A stretch of DNA of 63,981 bases, the filler included, from an uncultured bacterium (GTDB lineage: Bacteria > CAYJOG01), in assembly GCA_964371695.1 (NCBI GenBank). It is 7 parts of 7 records of this genome, joined end to end, with 100 filler letters (N's around TTAATTAATTAA, not from the genome) between each part and the next. Parts side by side here need not be neighbours in the genome. Positions count along the whole stretch, not along the records: positions 18,551 to 27,684 come from CAYJOG010000080.1; positions 27,785 to 36,852 come from CAYJOG010000081.1; 5 more parts are not named here. One strand, 5' to 3'. The notes beneath the pieces are model-generated. The model made no database searches. It was not told where the DNA came from and saw only the letters and a list, made by a program, of their open reading frames with translations. Every line of letters begins with the position of its first letter. Within the stretch, counting starts at the first letter, position 1. This document shows positions 19,090 to 29,248 of this stretch, one piece after another. Made by a program: the position numbers and the translations under genes.

Positions 19090-20966
19090 GGCAGCGGTTT
19101 TTTCATCATGCCCGCTGGGGCCTTTTGGCCCTGTGGGCGCTGCTCCCCGCCGGGGCGCGGGCGGCTGGGCTGGAACTCACCGACGTGCAACTCAACAATC
19201 AGCGGGGGCCTTTGAGCGTGCTGGTGAAGCTCAGCGGCGAAGTCCCCCAGGCCAGCCTGCGCAACGACGGCAAGAACACGCACATTCTGGTTTTGCCCGG
19301 CACCACGCTGGTTTTTCAGAAAGGCCGCACCAGCAAAATCTCGGTGGGGGGCCTGGGGCTGGAGCAAATTGATATTTATCCCCTCAAGGTGAAGGAAGAA
19401 GATCAGGTGCGGCTGGAACTGTTGCTGCAGGAAGGCTTCACCGTGGTGGACCGCACCGAGGCGGGCCTGAACGTGGTGCGGCTGGATATTCTGCCCGTGC
19501 CCGGCAGCGCGTCGGCCAAAGCCAAGACCCCTGCCGCCGAAAAACCCAAAATGCCCGCCGCCGCCATCCTGCCGCCGCCTTTGCCGCCGGTGATTGAAGT
19601 GGCCCCGCCCCCCAAGCTGCCGCCCGACGCGGTGCGGCCTGTTTCGCCGGGCCGGTCTGCCCTGCCGCCGCCGGTTTCGCCCGTTGCGCCAGAGACTCCC
19701 GCCACCCCCGACGCAGGCAATCTGCGCACCGACGCCGCCACCAGCGGCCCCAGCGGCGTGAGCAGCATCGAGGCCAAAATGCTGGCCACGCGCATCACCA
19801 ACCTCAGCTTTCGTCGGGCAGACCTGGAAGACGTGCTTTCGCTGCTGGCCCTCAAGGGTGGTTTTAACGTGGTGATTGCGCCGGGCCTCACGGGGCAGTC
19901 CACGCTGTCGCTCAACAACGTCACCGTCAAAGAGGCGCTGGACCTGTTGGGCCGCCTGAACAAGTTTCAATACAAGGTGTTCCAGAACACCGTGCTGGTC
20001 ACCCTCAACACCAAGGATGAAGGCATCGAACCGCTGGAAACCGAACTGATCGAACTGAGCTTTGTCAGTCCGGAAAACGTCAAGACCATCGTAGAGGGCC
20101 TGAGCCTGATAGACCGGGGCAAGGTGCAGACCATGGCTCCCAATTCCAGCGGCGCCGATGGCCGGGTGGACACCTCCACCACCAACGTGCTGATGGTGAA
20201 GGAAACCCCGGCCAACCTGCGGCTCATCCGCGAGGTGGTGCGCAAGGTGGACCGCAAACCCCGTCAGGTGATGGTGTCGGTGAAGTTTGTGGAAATGGAA
20301 GAAGGGGCGCTCAAAACCTTCATGGCCAACCCCACCATCAGCCGCACCAAGGGCAGCCGCACCAGCGCCAGCAGCAGCGTCAAGTTCAACGACCTGACCG
20401 GCACCGCCAGCGACCTGCTCATCAACATCGTGGGCCACCACAAGGGCTTCAACCTCAACACCGTGCTGCGCCACCAGGAACAGCAGAATCACCTGGAAGT
20501 CATCGCCGAGCCGAACCTGCTCACGCTGGACGGAAAAATGGGCGAAGTGGACCTGACCGAGAAAACGGGTTTCTTTTTGGCCGGGGCCACGGCCAACACC
20601 ACCGGCAACACACAAACCCGCCAGACGATTGATTTTGGCGTGAAGATGAACATTACGCCGCGCATCGACCGCGAAGGCGGCATCACCATGCTGGTAGAGC
20701 CGGAGGTGACCACCCCCGGCGAGCGGGGCGTGGACGGCCTGCCCAACGAAAAAACCAAAAAGGTCAAACTCACGGTGCGCGTGAAAAGCGGTGAAACCCT
20801 GATGGTCGGCGGGCTGATTCAGGAGGAATACGAAGAAATCATTCGCAAGGCTCCGCTGCTGGGTGACATCCCCATCCTCAAAAAGCTTTTCCGCTCCCGC
20901 TCCCGCGACAAATCCAAAAAAGAGCTGGTGATTTTTGTCACGCCCACCATCCTGGAGAACGATTGA
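19086..20966 (+). CDS. Secretin (PilQ/GspD family)
   Basis: Signal peptide, Pro-rich linker, LSFRRADLEDVL (STN), DRKPRQVMVSVKFVE, GETLMVGGLI, PLLGDIPILKKLFR, ELVIFVTPTIL. Confidence 0.93.
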   Translation: MRQRFFHHARWGLLALWALLPAGARAAGLELTDVQLNNQRGPLSVLVKLSGEVPQASLRNDGKNTHILVLPGTTLVFQKGRTSKISVGGLGLEQIDIYPLKVKEEDQVRLELLLQEGFTVVDRTEAGLNVVRLDILPVPGSASAKAKTPAAEKPKMPAAAILPPPLPPVIEVAPPPKLPPDAVRPVSPGRSALPPPVSPVAPETPATPDAGNLRTDAATSGPSGVSSIEAKMLATRITNLSFRRADLEDVLSLLALKGGFNVVIAPGLTGQSTLSLNNVTVKEALDLLGRLNKFQYKVFQNTVLVTLNTKDEGIEPLETELIELSFVSPENVKTIVEGLSLIDRGKVQTMAPNSSGADGRVDTSTTNVLMVKETPANLRLIREVVRKVDRKPRQVMVSVKFVEMEEGALKTFMANPTISRTKGSRTSASSSVKFNDLTGTASDLLINIVGHHKGFNLNTVLRHQEQQNHLEVIAEPNLLTLDGKMGEVDLTEKTGFFLAGATANTTGNTQTRQTIDFGVKMNITPRIDREGGITMLVEPEVTTPGERGVDGLPNEKTKKVKLTVRVKSGETLMVGGLIQEEYEEIIRKAPLLGDIPILKKLFRSRSRDKSKKELVIFVTPTILEND

Positions 20967-20967
20967 C

Positions 20968-22476
20968 ATGAGCTTTTTTGCAATTCGCAACACCCGTCCG
21001 CTGCTTTTTCTTTCCGCGCTGTTGCTGTGCCTGGGGTTTGCTGCCAGCCCGGCCCGCGCCGAGAGCATTCAACTGGAACCCCTTGTCGCCGGGGCCGCCG
21101 AAAAGGGCGTGGCCCGCGCGCTCAACGAGGCGTTTCTTTCCGCCGCTTCGCGTCAGCGGGGGCTGAAGGTGGTGCAGTCGGGGGCAGACTTCCGTCTGTC
21201 GCTTGCGGTGAAGGAATTCAGCTACAGCGCCGAAATCGGTCTGGCTGAGCAGCGGGTGGAGGCGTGGTTGCTGTCGCCTTCTGACGCCCGTGTGTTTCGC
21301 GCCAGCCTGTGGGGCACCAGTGGCGAGCGGGCCGGTTACAAGGGCGGCATGGACCCCCTGCTGAAAGAAGCCGCGCAGGACGCCGCCCAGCGGCTGGCTC
21401 AGGTTCTGGTCACCACCCTGCAATCCAAAGGCATGGTGGTGTCGTTGGCCGAGCCGGGCTATGTGCGGTTCGAAAACCGTTACGACAACCTGTTGCTGGA
21501 CGGCGTGGTGAGTGTGTTGCGACACGGCGACCTGCTGGCCACTGGCCGCGTGACCGATGTGTATGGCAAACACGCCCGCGCCAGGCTTGAGGAAGGCGCA
21601 CGGGAAATCCGCTATGGCGACGAAGTGATTTTGCGCGAGGTGAGCGAAGAGCCGGTGCGCTGGCATCAGTTCACGGCGGTGAAAAAGAAAAAGAAAAAGT
21701 TTTTGGGCATGTTGCTGGGGGCTATCGGCATCGGGCTGGTGGTGACGCTGGCGACCGAAAACAACAACGACCGCCCCGGCCAGGGCACCGGCCCCACCGC
21801 GCCCGCGTCCATCAATCTGCTCAGCGACGCGGCTTCGGTGGCGCGGTTTGGCCTGGGGGCGGCGGGGCAGAAAACCACGGCCACCCTCACGGCCACGGTG
21901 CTCAACGGCAGCAACAACACCCTCGACGCCGACGTGAGTTTTGAAACCACAGCGGGCTTCGTCACCGAAAACGTCGGCGGCAACTCGGCGGTGTTCAGCC
22001 CCCCGGCCACCAGCCAGATTGTCACCGTCACCGCCCGCGCCGCAGGCGGCGTGAGCAGGGAGTTTCGTGTGCACGTGGGCGGCGACCCGGCGCGTTTCAA
22101 GGCGGCCAACGACAGCGCCGCGCTTCAGGCCCCTCAGGGTGTGGATACGGCCCTCACTCTGCTGGCTTACGACGCCAACACGCTGGACCCATCTGGCCCG
22201 GTGTTGGTGCCCACCGGCACGCGCCTTACGGCGATTCTGCAAACCGTCGCCGGGGCAGGCGCTGCCAGTCAACTGGTGCCGCTAAACCCTGATACAGGTG
22301 CTGCCGAAACCGCAGCCAATCCGGCCACCCTCACCAGCAACAAAAACGGTGAGTTCAAACTGCTGGTGCGCCGCAATGTTGCCGAGCCAAACACCCAACT
22401 CAAGCTGGTGCTGCGCGAGGCCGGGGGCAACACCCTCAGCCTGATCGGCGGCGGAGACTTTCAGGTCACGCCATAA
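20968..22476 (+). CDS. Exported protein with internal poly-Lys/hydrophobic segment and Ig-like C-terminus
   Basis: Signal peptide ending ARA-E; KKKKKKFLGMLLGAIGIGLVVTLA; Thr/Ala-rich beta region similar to the repeats of the next gene. Confidence 0.75.
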   Translation: MSFFAIRNTRPLLFLSALLLCLGFAASPARAESIQLEPLVAGAAEKGVARALNEAFLSAASRQRGLKVVQSGADFRLSLAVKEFSYSAEIGLAEQRVEAWLLSPSDARVFRASLWGTSGERAGYKGGMDPLLKEAAQDAAQRLAQVLVTTLQSKGMVVSLAEPGYVRFENRYDNLLLDGVVSVLRHGDLLATGRVTDVYGKHARARLEEGAREIRYGDEVILREVSEEPVRWHQFTAVKKKKKKFLGMLLGAIGIGLVVTLATENNNDRPGQGTGPTAPASINLLSDAASVARFGLGAAGQKTTATLTATVLNGSNNTLDADVSFETTAGFVTENVGGNSAVFSPPATSQIVTVTARAAGGVSREFRVHVGGDPARFKAANDSAALQAPQGVDTALTLLAYDANTLDPSGPVLVPTGTRLTAILQTVAGAGAASQLVPLNPDTGAAETAANPATLTSNKNGEFKLLVRRNVAEPNTQLKLVLREAGGNTLSLIGGGDFQVTP

Positions 22477-22670
22477 TGTTCGCAGAGCCTTGGCGGAAAA
22501 TTGATATGGCCAAAAAATCATGGGAGATAAAACCTTTTTCCCTCTCCCCTTTATGGGGAGCGGGTGAAGGGCGCAGTAGGGCGGGCGGCCCCGCCCGCCT
22601 GCACAAAAATAAAAATACGCCGTTGTCCCCTCTCCCCTTTACGGGGAGAGGGTGGCCGAAGGCCGGGTGA
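22476..22670 (+). other. 64-codon bridge ORF across family D repeats
   Basis: TAATG overlap with the upstream stop; TGA ends 10 nt before ATG 22681 and overlaps its GAGG SD. Confidence 0.4.
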
Positions 22671-22680
22671 GGGGTCAGAC

Positions 22681-25041
22681 ATGAACCGCAAATCCAACCC
22701 CCTTTTTGTGATAGCCCTTCTGCTGGCGATTCTCACCACAGGCTGCGGCGGTGGCGGGGGCGGCGGCGCAACGGCTGGAGGTGCGCCTGCGCCAGCCGTG
22801 CCGGGGCAAATCACGGGCACGGTCATGGCCCCGCCGCTGGTTAATCTCGGTGTCAACCGCCAGGCCAGCAACAACGTCCGCACCGCCAGCGCCAACGGTC
22901 TGGTGATCAAGGCGGGGGTGCTGGTGTCGTTGTATCTTGTTGACGACAACGGCAACCCCTCTGGGGATGTGCTGGCGACTTCCCTCACCGATGCCAACGG
23001 CCAGTTTTCCTTTATGTTGCCCGCCGGTGTCAGTCTTGGCCCCAACCTGATGGTGTCGGTGGGCACGGGCAACAGCCGCATTCGCGCCCTGGCTGGCGGA
23101 GCCAGTCTGACGGTGACGCCGTTGAGTGAAAAAGTGGTGCAGGATCTGGTGGCTGACGCCAAACCCTTGTCGATTTTCACGACGACGGAAATCAGTGTAA
23201 AAACCCAGCAGGCCCAGGCCGCCGCCGCTGCACTGGATTTCTCCGCCGCCACCACCATTTCACAGGCTTTGAGTCTGTTTGAAGAGGTTGAGGAAGGGCC
23301 GGGGGTGGTGCCTACCCGTCTGTTGGTGCAGATTGATCCTGACACGTTGGCTACCGCCGACAGCACGACCGGAACAAAAACCGCCACCGTGCGGGCGGTT
23401 GCGCTGGGAGAGGGAAACGTGTCTGTGGGTTTGCCCAACACGCCGGTGAGCTTTTCTTTTGCTGCCGTCACCACCGCCATGTTGGGCGCACCGGTGTATA
23501 AAAATGGTGGCTGGGAGGCCACTCTCAACGCCCCGACCACCGAGGGCGCGCTCACGGTTTTGGCCACCACTGCCACTGGCTTGACAGGCAGCGCTGTTGT
23601 GCAGGTGGTGGAATCACTGGATCCCCAGGGGCAGGCCGGTGGCGACCCCGCCACGCCGGTGGCCCTGCTGGTGCAGGCCACGCCTCAGGCGCTGGCGCCC
23701 TTCGGGTCTACGGGCACCGGTGTGGTGACCCAGGCTTTGATCAAGGTGACAGTGCTCAATGGTGCGAACATCAATATCACCAGTGGAGAAACAGTGGTTT
23801 CCTTCGTTGCCGACAAAGGCGTATTGAGTGGTATCCGGTTTGCGGGCAGCACCTGGGATGCCGTTTTCACGGCTCCCTCCTCTGCGGGCACGGCCACCAT
23901 CACGGCCACGCTCGAAAACGGCATTTCGGCAAAAGTACTTGTTCCCATTGCCGCCAACGTGACAAAACCTGCGGGGGTGACATTGCAAACGGGCTTGGCG
24001 GTGCTGGCTCCTTCGGGCACCGCCAATGTGGCTACTTCCACGGTGGTGACCGCCAGGGTGGTGAACGACCTGGGCGAACCCACGGGCACGGCCAACGACC
24101 CGGTGACCTTCCTCGCGTCGCAAAAAGGCCTAGATATCACGGCGGGCAGCATCGGTAACGTGACTTTTGTGGAAACCGGAAAATGGCAGGCCACCTTTAA
24201 CGCGCCCATTACCACCGGCAGTGTGCTGATTAAAGCCGTCACCTCCAACAACCTGAGTTCCAGCATAGAAGTTCTGGTGGATAGCGCCGTGAACCAGTCC
24301 AACGTGCCTGACCGCATTCAGGTGACCATTGCCAAACGGGCCATCGGCAAGTTCAACGGCATGGCCGGGCCGAGCACCACCGATGTTGAGGTGACCATTT
24401 TCAACAGTTCAGAAGTCCCTGCGACAGTGAACGGCGTCAACTTTGAAATCACCGACTCGGTAAACGGGAAAAACACGGATGCCTGGATCACCAGCCCCCA
24501 GTCACTTGGCAATGGAACGTGGAAAACAATTCTCACAGCGCCTTCGGTGTCAGGGTCTGTCACCGTTAGGGCCACCACCGCCAACGGGATTTCCGGTCAG
24601 GCCTCGGTGCGCGTTTCTGGCCGGGCCTATTCCTGGGATGTGTTGAAATTTCGCCCCACTGACCCCGAAATAACTGAGGTTTTTTTACCCTACAGCGGCT
24701 CTGCCCGTGTTGTGGTGGCGCTTTATGACGAAGAGGGTTTTCCCGTGGCTTCCGATATGACGGTGGATCCCCGCGTCTTCTTTTTTCCTCCTGATGAACC
24801 GAGCAAAGCCAGCTTTTTCAGCCCTGAAGATGGAACAACTCAATCTTCAGGGGCATTGAATAATTTCAGTCTGGTGGGCATTGATATCCAGCGGCCCGAC
24901 AAAAGTGAGCGAATGGTGTGGCTTGCACTGAAAGATTTTGCAGGCAGAGATCTGATATTTAAACCGACGGGAGAGAAGGGCGGAAAATTGGAGCTATGTG
25001 TTTCCTGTTCTGCGCTTAGAATGGCCGGGCGAACCCAATGA
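22681..25041 (+). CDS. Lipoprotein with four invasin/intimin-like (Big_1-type) Ig repeats
   Basis: Lipobox LTTG-C then poly-Gly; four repeats WEATLNAP / WDAVFTAP / WQATFNAP / WKTILTAP, each followed by G...V.AT..NG-like strands. Confidence 0.8.
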   Translation: MNRKSNPLFVIALLLAILTTGCGGGGGGGATAGGAPAPAVPGQITGTVMAPPLVNLGVNRQASNNVRTASANGLVIKAGVLVSLYLVDDNGNPSGDVLATSLTDANGQFSFMLPAGVSLGPNLMVSVGTGNSRIRALAGGASLTVTPLSEKVVQDLVADAKPLSIFTTTEISVKTQQAQAAAAALDFSAATTISQALSLFEEVEEGPGVVPTRLLVQIDPDTLATADSTTGTKTATVRAVALGEGNVSVGLPNTPVSFSFAAVTTAMLGAPVYKNGGWEATLNAPTTEGALTVLATTATGLTGSAVVQVVESLDPQGQAGGDPATPVALLVQATPQALAPFGSTGTGVVTQALIKVTVLNGANINITSGETVVSFVADKGVLSGIRFAGSTWDAVFTAPSSAGTATITATLENGISAKVLVPIAANVTKPAGVTLQTGLAVLAPSGTANVATSTVVTARVVNDLGEPTGTANDPVTFLASQKGLDITAGSIGNVTFVETGKWQATFNAPITTGSVLIKAVTSNNLSSSIEVLVDSAVNQSNVPDRIQVTIAKRAIGKFNGMAGPSTTDVEVTIFNSSEVPATVNGVNFEITDSVNGKNTDAWITSPQSLGNGTWKTILTAPSVSGSVTVRATTANGISGQASVRVSGRAYSWDVLKFRPTDPEITEVFLPYSGSARVVVALYDEEGFPVASDMTVDPRVFFFPPDEPSKASFFSPEDGTTQSSGALNNFSLVGIDIQRPDKSERMVWLALKDFAGRDLIFKPTGEKGGKLELCVSCSALRMAGRTQ

Positions 25042-25640
25042 GCCAACGCATCATGACACTTGAGCGCAACACCACCGAAACCCAGATCACGCTGGGGCTG
25101 AATCTTGACGCGCGGGGACAGCAGGCGGCGGAGCTGGATTTGCCCGTGCCTTTTCTCGCGCACATGCTGGACAGCTTTGCCCGCCACAGTGGTTTTGGTC
25201 TGAGTGTGAAGGCCACCGGCGACACCCACGTGGACGACCACCACCTGGTGGAAGACACTGGTCTGGTGCTGGGGCAGGCGCTGTTGCAGGCCCTGGGCGA
25301 CAAAAAGGGCATCACCCGTTTTGCCCAGGCGGTTGTGCCCATGGATGAAACCCTGGTGCTGGCGGCGGTGGACCTGAGCGGGCGGCCCTATCTGGCCTGG
25401 AACATGGACATTCCCCTCACCCACGTGGGCAGTTTCGACACGGCGCTGGCGCTGGAGTTCTTCCGCGCCTTCACCATGGAAGCCAAAATGAACCTGCACC
25501 TGCGCCAACTGGCGGGCGAAAACGCCCACCACCTCATCGAGGCCGCCTTCAAGGCCACCGCCCGCGCCCTGGCCGTGGCGGTGTCGCCAGACAAACTGCG
25601 GGGCGGCGGCGTGCCCAGCACCAAGGGGTCTTTGGTGTAG
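25038..25640 (+). CDS. hisB: Imidazoleglycerol-phosphate dehydratase
   Basis: RNTTETQI, DDHHLVED, PMDE, GENAHHLIEAAFKA, VPSTKG. Confidence 0.97.
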   Translation: MSQRIMTLERNTTETQITLGLNLDARGQQAAELDLPVPFLAHMLDSFARHSGFGLSVKATGDTHVDDHHLVEDTGLVLGQALLQALGDKKGITRFAQAVVPMDETLVLAAVDLSGRPYLAWNMDIPLTHVGSFDTALALEFFRAFTMEAKMNLHLRQLAGENAHHLIEAAFKATARALAVAVSPDKLRGGGVPSTKGSLV

Positions 25641-25653
25641 GGTCAAGGTTGCC

Positions 25654-25677
25654 CGGCGACGGGGGCGTCGCCGCTAC
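25654..25677 (-). repeat. GTAG REP between convergent genes
   Basis: GTAG-CGGCGACG-CCCC-CGTCGCCG. Confidence 0.7.
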
Positions 25678-25719
25678 TCGGAGGGGATGTTGGTGGGGCG
25701 CTTTGAGAAATGGGTGTTT

Positions 25720-26673
25720 TTATTCCCCCGCCATGGCCTGGGCCGCCACCACGCCCGCGCCCATCAGGGCGATGTCGTCGGGGCGGGTGCTCACAAAAAT
25801 TTCCACGTTGTCGCAAAACGAAGGAAAGGCGTGACGCCGCATGGCCGCCACGGCCTGGGTTTGCATCAGCCCCCACTGGTTGGCCACACCGCCCCCCAGC
25901 ACCATGCGGTCTGGCCCCAGCACGTTCACGATGCCGCCAAAGGCCCGGCCCATGTCGGCGGCGATTTCGTCGTTCAGCGCCGTGGCCCACGGCTCACCCG
26001 TCTGCACCGCATGAAAAAACGCCGGTGTGCTGAGGCGGCTGTTTTTTTTACCGTGGTGCTGAAACCACGCCTCCCGCGCCCGGCGGGCGATTGCGGTGCC
26101 AGAGCAATGGGCTTCGAAACACCCTCTGGAGCCGCAGCCGCAGGGGTGGCCGCCGGGGTAAAGATTGAGATGGCCAAACTCGGTGCCGCCGCCGCCCGCG
26201 CCGCGATAAAGCTGGCCGTCTATCAAAAACCCGCTGCCGATGCCCGTGCTGAGGGTGAGGTAGACAAACCGCCGCGAGCGGGTGTGGCCCCCCAGGTGAT
26301 ATTCCCCCATCGCCGCCGCGTTGGCGTCGTTTTCCATCACCACCGGCACGTCCAGCGCTTCGCTCAGCCACGCCACCACAGGGAACTCCTCGAACCCCGG
26401 CATGTTGGGCAGGTTCAGCGCCACGCCGCGCTCAAGGTCCAGCGGCCCGGCGATGGAAAGTCCGGCGGCGCACAAGTCTTTTTTGCGCACACCGGCGGTT
26501 TTCATCACCTGACGCCCCAGGGCCACCAAGGCGCCCAGCACTTTTTGGGGCTGCGTGGTTTTGGGGGTGGGGCGGCGCAGAGCGGCCTTCAGGGTGTTGT
26601 CACGCCCCAACACACCGGCGGCCAGCTTGGTGCCGCCCGCGTCAAGACCCAGTATGAAACCGTTTGCGGCCAA
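25720..26673 (-). CDS. ROK family sugar kinase (glucokinase-like)
   Basis: GLDAGGTK, ENDANAAAMGE, STGIGSG, EFGH, CGCGSRGCFE. Confidence 0.93.
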   Translation of the reverse strand: MAANGFILGLDAGGTKLAAGVLGRDNTLKAALRRPTPKTTQPQKVLGALVALGRQVMKTAGVRKKDLCAAGLSIAGPLDLERGVALNLPNMPGFEEFPVVAWLSEALDVPVVMENDANAAAMGEYHLGGHTRSRRFVYLTLSTGIGSGFLIDGQLYRGAGGGGTEFGHLNLYPGGHPCGCGSRGCFEAHCSGTAIARRAREAWFQHHGKKNSRLSTPAFFHAVQTGEPWATALNDEIAADMGRAFGGIVNVLGPDRMVLGGGVANQWGLMQTQAVAAMRRHAFPSFCDNVEIFVSTRPDDIALMGAGVVAAQAMAGE

Positions 26674-26998
26674 GGACGTAATGACGATATTTCCTGGTCA
26701 ACTGGTAGCGCAACCAAAACCACCGACTTCTGCCCTGTAGGTCCCGTGCGCTGACTTTGTCGTAGCGGATGACGAAGGGGTGTTTTTTGGGGCGCTTGGT
26801 GCTGGCGCAATAAACCCGCTCCGGCTGGCCCAGGTTCAAAAAGAACACGCCCCCCAGAAACACCCCCAGAAAGGGGATCGCCACCTGCACCAGGGGCTTG
26901 AGATCTGCATAGAGGCTTTCTCCCACACCCCTAATTTCGGCTTTTCCTTCAACTTTATTCACAAAAAACCGGGCTTTTTTCCAGAACTCACTGAACAT
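26642..26998 (-). CDS. Small basic hypothetical membrane protein
   Basis: Fills the ribF-ROK gap, overlapping both; one hydrophobic segment (VAIPFLGVFLGGVFFL). Confidence 0.5.
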   Translation of the reverse strand: MFSEFWKKARFFVNKVEGKAEIRGVGESLYADLKPLVQVAIPFLGVFLGGVFFLNLGQPERVYCASTKRPKKHPFVIRYDKVSARDLQGRSRWFWLRYQLTRKYRHYVLGRKRFHTGS

Positions 26999-27684
26999 TG
27001 GCGTTTTTTAAGGAGGATTGAACAGTTTCCACGTCCAAAGCGATTTGTTTCTGTAATGATTCAATGTCCGTGAACTTTTTTTCGTCCCGGATTCGGGTGA
27101 GAAACTCAACTTTCAGCCGTTCGCCATAAAAATCTGGCCCAGAATAGTTAACCAGATGGGCCTCTACCACGGTTTTGTCGCCTCCGGCGGTGGTGGGGCG
27201 GGTGCCGATGTTGATGCCGCCTGGGGGGGGCAGCGGGTTTTCCCCCACGGTGGCCAGGCCGCCATAAACCCCCTGGGCGGGCAACATTTGATAGGGGTTC
27301 GTCAAAACATTGGCGGTCGGAAAGCCGATTTGCCGCCCCAGACCCCTGTCTCGCACCACCTCGGCCTCCAGCGAAAAGGGCCGCCCCAGCATTTCGGCTG
27401 ATTTTTCCACGTCTCCCAGCGCCAGCAGGTCGCGCACCAGTGTGCTCTTGATGGTTTCGCCGTGGGGTGTGGACTGGGCGGGCACCACCACCACGCTTAC
27501 GCCGCGTTCCTCGCCCATTTGCCGGATGCGCGCCGCGCCGGCCTCCTGTTTGTGGCCGATGCACAGGTCATAGCCAATCACCAGGTGCGCGGCCTTCAGG
27601 CGGTCTTTCAAAAACTCCTGCCAAAAGGCCGCCGCGCTGATGCCCGCAAACTGACAGGAAAACTGCACCACCAGGCAAAAATCC
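26988..27684 (-). CDS. ribF: Bifunctional riboflavin kinase/FAD synthetase (5'-truncated)
   Basis: GYD..G, IKSTLVR, GRQIGFPTAN, GVY, NIGTRPT, VEAHL, IRDEKKF. Confidence 0.95.
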
Positions 27685-27871
27685 NNNNNNNNNNNNNNNN
27701 NNNNNNNNNNNNNNNNNNNNNNNNNNNNTTAATTAATTAANNNNNNNNNNNNNNNNNNNNNNNNNNNNNNNNNNNNNNNNNNNNGCCCTCTCCCTGAGGG
27801 AGAGGGCAAGGACTGGCCCCGCCCTTTGTCTACGTCAAACATGAATTTGCTCTATTCATGTTCAGACGCGC

Positions 27872-28654
27872 TCAGCCGCTTTTTCGCCGCCCCAGCACCT
27901 GGCCATAACCAAAATACAGCGCCCAGCACGCCGGGTCTTCGGTGAAGGCCAAAAGCCCCTCGATGTCCTCTGTCTCAACCTGGCCGCTGGCCAGAAGCCC
28001 CTCTGCCAGCACCGTGATGCTCTGGCCCATCATCCGGGCGATGGCCGACTGCCCCGGCCCCACCATCAGCCGGGCCTCGAACTTTTCCACGGCCACGCCC
28101 TGAGCGGCAAAAAGCTCCGGCAGCACTGTGCCAATGTCCACGCACATCTTGCGGTTTTGATAAACCACCCGAATCGCCTCAAACACACGGTCGGCGGCGC
28201 GGCGCAGGTGTTCGGGGCCAGACAGTGTGCGGGACATCATGAAGTCGCCGTCTTCCACCACCAGCGCGCCACCGGGTTCCAGTGCTTCGTGCAAACGGTG
28301 GATGACCTGGGCGCAGGCGGGAATGTGCAGCAGCACAAAGCGGGTGTGGATCAGGCCATAGCCGCCTGAGTCCAGGTTTTCCTGGGTGATGTCGCCCTGT
28401 TTGATGGCCACGCCAGGGAACTCGGCCTCACTCAAAAACCGGGGGTTCAGGTCCAGCGCCTCCAGCCGGTTGCAGCGGGGCTGGAGCCAGTGCAACAGCG
28501 CGCCCGCGCCGGGGCCCACTTCCAGCACCCTGTTCCAGCGGGCGTCATCGCCCACAAAAGTGTGGGTCATGGGGTCAAAAATGCTTTCCAGGTGCCGCAG
28601 CCGGGCTTTTTCCTGCTCTGGCGAGATGGGGTCAAAAACATATTTGCGGGCCAT
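27872..28654 (-). CDS. Class I SAM-dependent methyltransferase
   Basis: VLEVGPGAG, LIHTRFVLLH, LEPGG; ATG 5 nt after TATACT. Confidence 0.9.
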   Translation of the reverse strand: MARKYVFDPISPEQEKARLRHLESIFDPMTHTFVGDDARWNRVLEVGPGAGALLHWLQPRCNRLEALDLNPRFLSEAEFPGVAIKQGDITQENLDSGGYGLIHTRFVLLHIPACAQVIHRLHEALEPGGALVVEDGDFMMSRTLSGPEHLRRAADRVFEAIRVVYQNRKMCVDIGTVLPELFAAQGVAVEKFEARLMVGPGQSAIARMMGQSITVLAEGLLASGQVETEDIEGLLAFTEDPACWALYFGYGQVLGRRKSG

Positions 28655-28739
28655 GGGCCAGTATAACCAGCCGGAAAAAAGGCTGGCAGAGCGCATTCTC
28701 ATGGCGTCGGGACGGCCTCTCACCGAATGAGGTTTAAAC

Positions 28740-28762
28740 GGCGGTGAGGACACCGCCGCTAC
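28740..28762 (-). repeat. GTAG REP
   Basis: GTAG-CGGCGGTG-TCCT-CACCGCC. Confidence 0.7.
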
Positions 28763-28819
28763 TCTTTATCCAAGCCGGGTGAACCTGCCCGGCCGCCTCT
28801 GAAAAAAAGGCCGAGGTTT

Positions 28820-29248
28820 TTACATTCCCGCCGCAGACGCCGTGCGCAGGTGAAACACCGCATCGGCCCGGCCGGTCACCCGTGCCCAGTGCAGGGGCGT
28901 GCCGCCGGTGTTGTCTTTGGCTTTGGTGTTGGCCCCGGCGTGAATCAGGAACAACACCATGGGTGCATTGCCCTTCATGGCGGCTTCGTGCAGGGGGGTC
29001 CAGCCGAACTTGTCCTTCAGGTTCAGCGATGCGCCTCCCCCCGCCAGGGCCTTGGCAATGCCCACGTCGCCGCGCTCTGCTGCGCAGTGCAGGGGTGAGC
29101 GCCCCAGACTGTCCTGGGCGTTTGCGGACAAACCCTCTTTCAGCAGTGTCTGTACCGACCACAAATCTCCCACGCTGGCCGCTGTATGAAGCGGGGTCCA
29201 GCCCGGCGGTTTGTGGCCGTTCCGAGCCTGACTGACATAAAACATGAC
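28820..29248 (-). CDS. Small ankyrin-repeat protein
   Basis: Four G.(T/S)PLH.A repeats; AAGGAG SD before MFYVSQ (start +/- a few nt). Confidence 0.88.
   Translation of the reverse strand, partial: VMFYVSQARNGHKPPGWTPLHTAASVGDLWSVQTLLKEGLSANAQDSLGRSPLHCAAERGDVGIAKALAGGGASLNLKDKFGWTPLHEAAMKGNAPMVLFLIHAGANTKAKDNTGGTPLHWARVTGRADAVFHLRTASAAGM

Noticed and set aside
18819-21068. Long antisense ORFs (also 29672-31810, 10014-11237, 39657-41006, 46353-47723, 62039-63325)
   Set aside because: Shadows of real genes, expected with high GC3; no motifs of their own.
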